A stretch of DNA of 64,000 bases from NCBI GenBank assembly GCA_963706025.1, contig CAVPLM010000003.1, positions 288,001 to 352,000 on the forward strand, written 5' to 3'. The notes under the pieces were generated by a model that saw nothing but the letters and a program-made list of their open reading frames with translations, made no database searches and was not told where the DNA came from. Of the stretch, positions 63,416-64,000 are shown piece after piece. Each line of letters opens with the position of its first letter. Position 1 is the first letter of the stretch. The DNA is from an uncultured Actinomycetes bacterium. Lineage in GTDB: Bacteria > Actinomycetota > Thermoleophilia > RBG-16-64-13. A program made the translations under genes and the position numbers.

Positions 63416-64000
63416 TCACGGCTTCGCCGTGGTGGTCGTCGAAGGCGCCGCCGTGGTTATGGTCTGCCCCGCCGAGGTCGCGGTCGAAGAGGCCGCTGTC
63501 GTGGTAGTCGTGTCTCCCGAGCCCGAGGTGGTGGCAGTGGTCGACGCGGTGGTCGTGGTGGTCGGTGCCATACCCTCCTTGTAGATCACTCCCAGTTCGG
63601 CCTTGGTGTCGATGAGCCACTGCTCAAAGACATCGCCTTTCTTGGCGTTCAGGAGGGTGGTGGTGATCTCTTCCTTCTTCTCTTCCAGGGTGTACTGCTT
63701 GGCTTCGGTGATGCCGGTGACCTGGATCACGTGATAGCCGAACACCGTTTTGACGGGGTCCGAGATCTCATTCAGGGCTAGGGAGAACACCGAGTCCTCA
63801 AACTCCTTGACCATGGCGCCTTTTGCGACGAGTCCCAGATCCCCACCAGCGTCTTTGGTCCCGGTGTCGTCCGAGTAATCGGCCGCCTACTTGGTCCAGT
63901 CGCGCACCGCCGACCAGATCAGCCCGGACCTTCTGCGCCGTCGCCTAGAGCCTCATCCCAGTCGGCCTGGGTGGGCGCGGACGTACTGGTCGTGGTCGAC
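63416..64000 (-). CDS. PpiC/PrsA-type peptidyl-prolyl isomerase (C-terminal part; runs off the window)
   Basis: [33 protein letters not shown] and a Thr-rich tail. Confidence 0.85.

Overview
GC-rich window that looks like an anaerobic actinobacterium (the Thr-rich lipoprotein linkers and Tat lipoproteins resemble Thermoleophilia-like genomes; inference only). Many genes carry single-base indels, probably uncorrected long-read errors, so I rebuilt several calls from 2-5 ORF fragments. All family assignments are from recalled motifs, with no database search. Layout: (1) the 3' part of tRNA-Sec, with a 44-bp direct repeat 3.1 kb downstream and a tyrosine-integrase stump, i.e. a decayed integration hotspot; (2) sucCD and housekeeping genes; (3) an ArsR-TusA-MvhD-HdrL-HdrA-wHTH-HdrC/QmoC-DsrE operon; (4) an M6 protease and transporters; (5) a ~30-kb aromatic-catabolism region (25.8-56.3 kb); (6) an Sqr-DUF1641-TusE-DsrE operon, aminopeptidase P and a PpiC foldase. 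Region 5 is the best candidate for an undescribed system. It combines a bacterial chalcone isomerase homolog, two phloretin-hydrolase homologs, an AOR, phenylphosphate-synthase-like A/B subunits, two HAD paralogs, an aromatic CoA ligase, a PpcB-like UbiD, and a chimeric oxidoreductase in which xanthine-dehydrogenase-type FAD and 2Fe-2S modules are joined to a bis-MGD catalytic domain. No CRISPR array or rRNA was seen.
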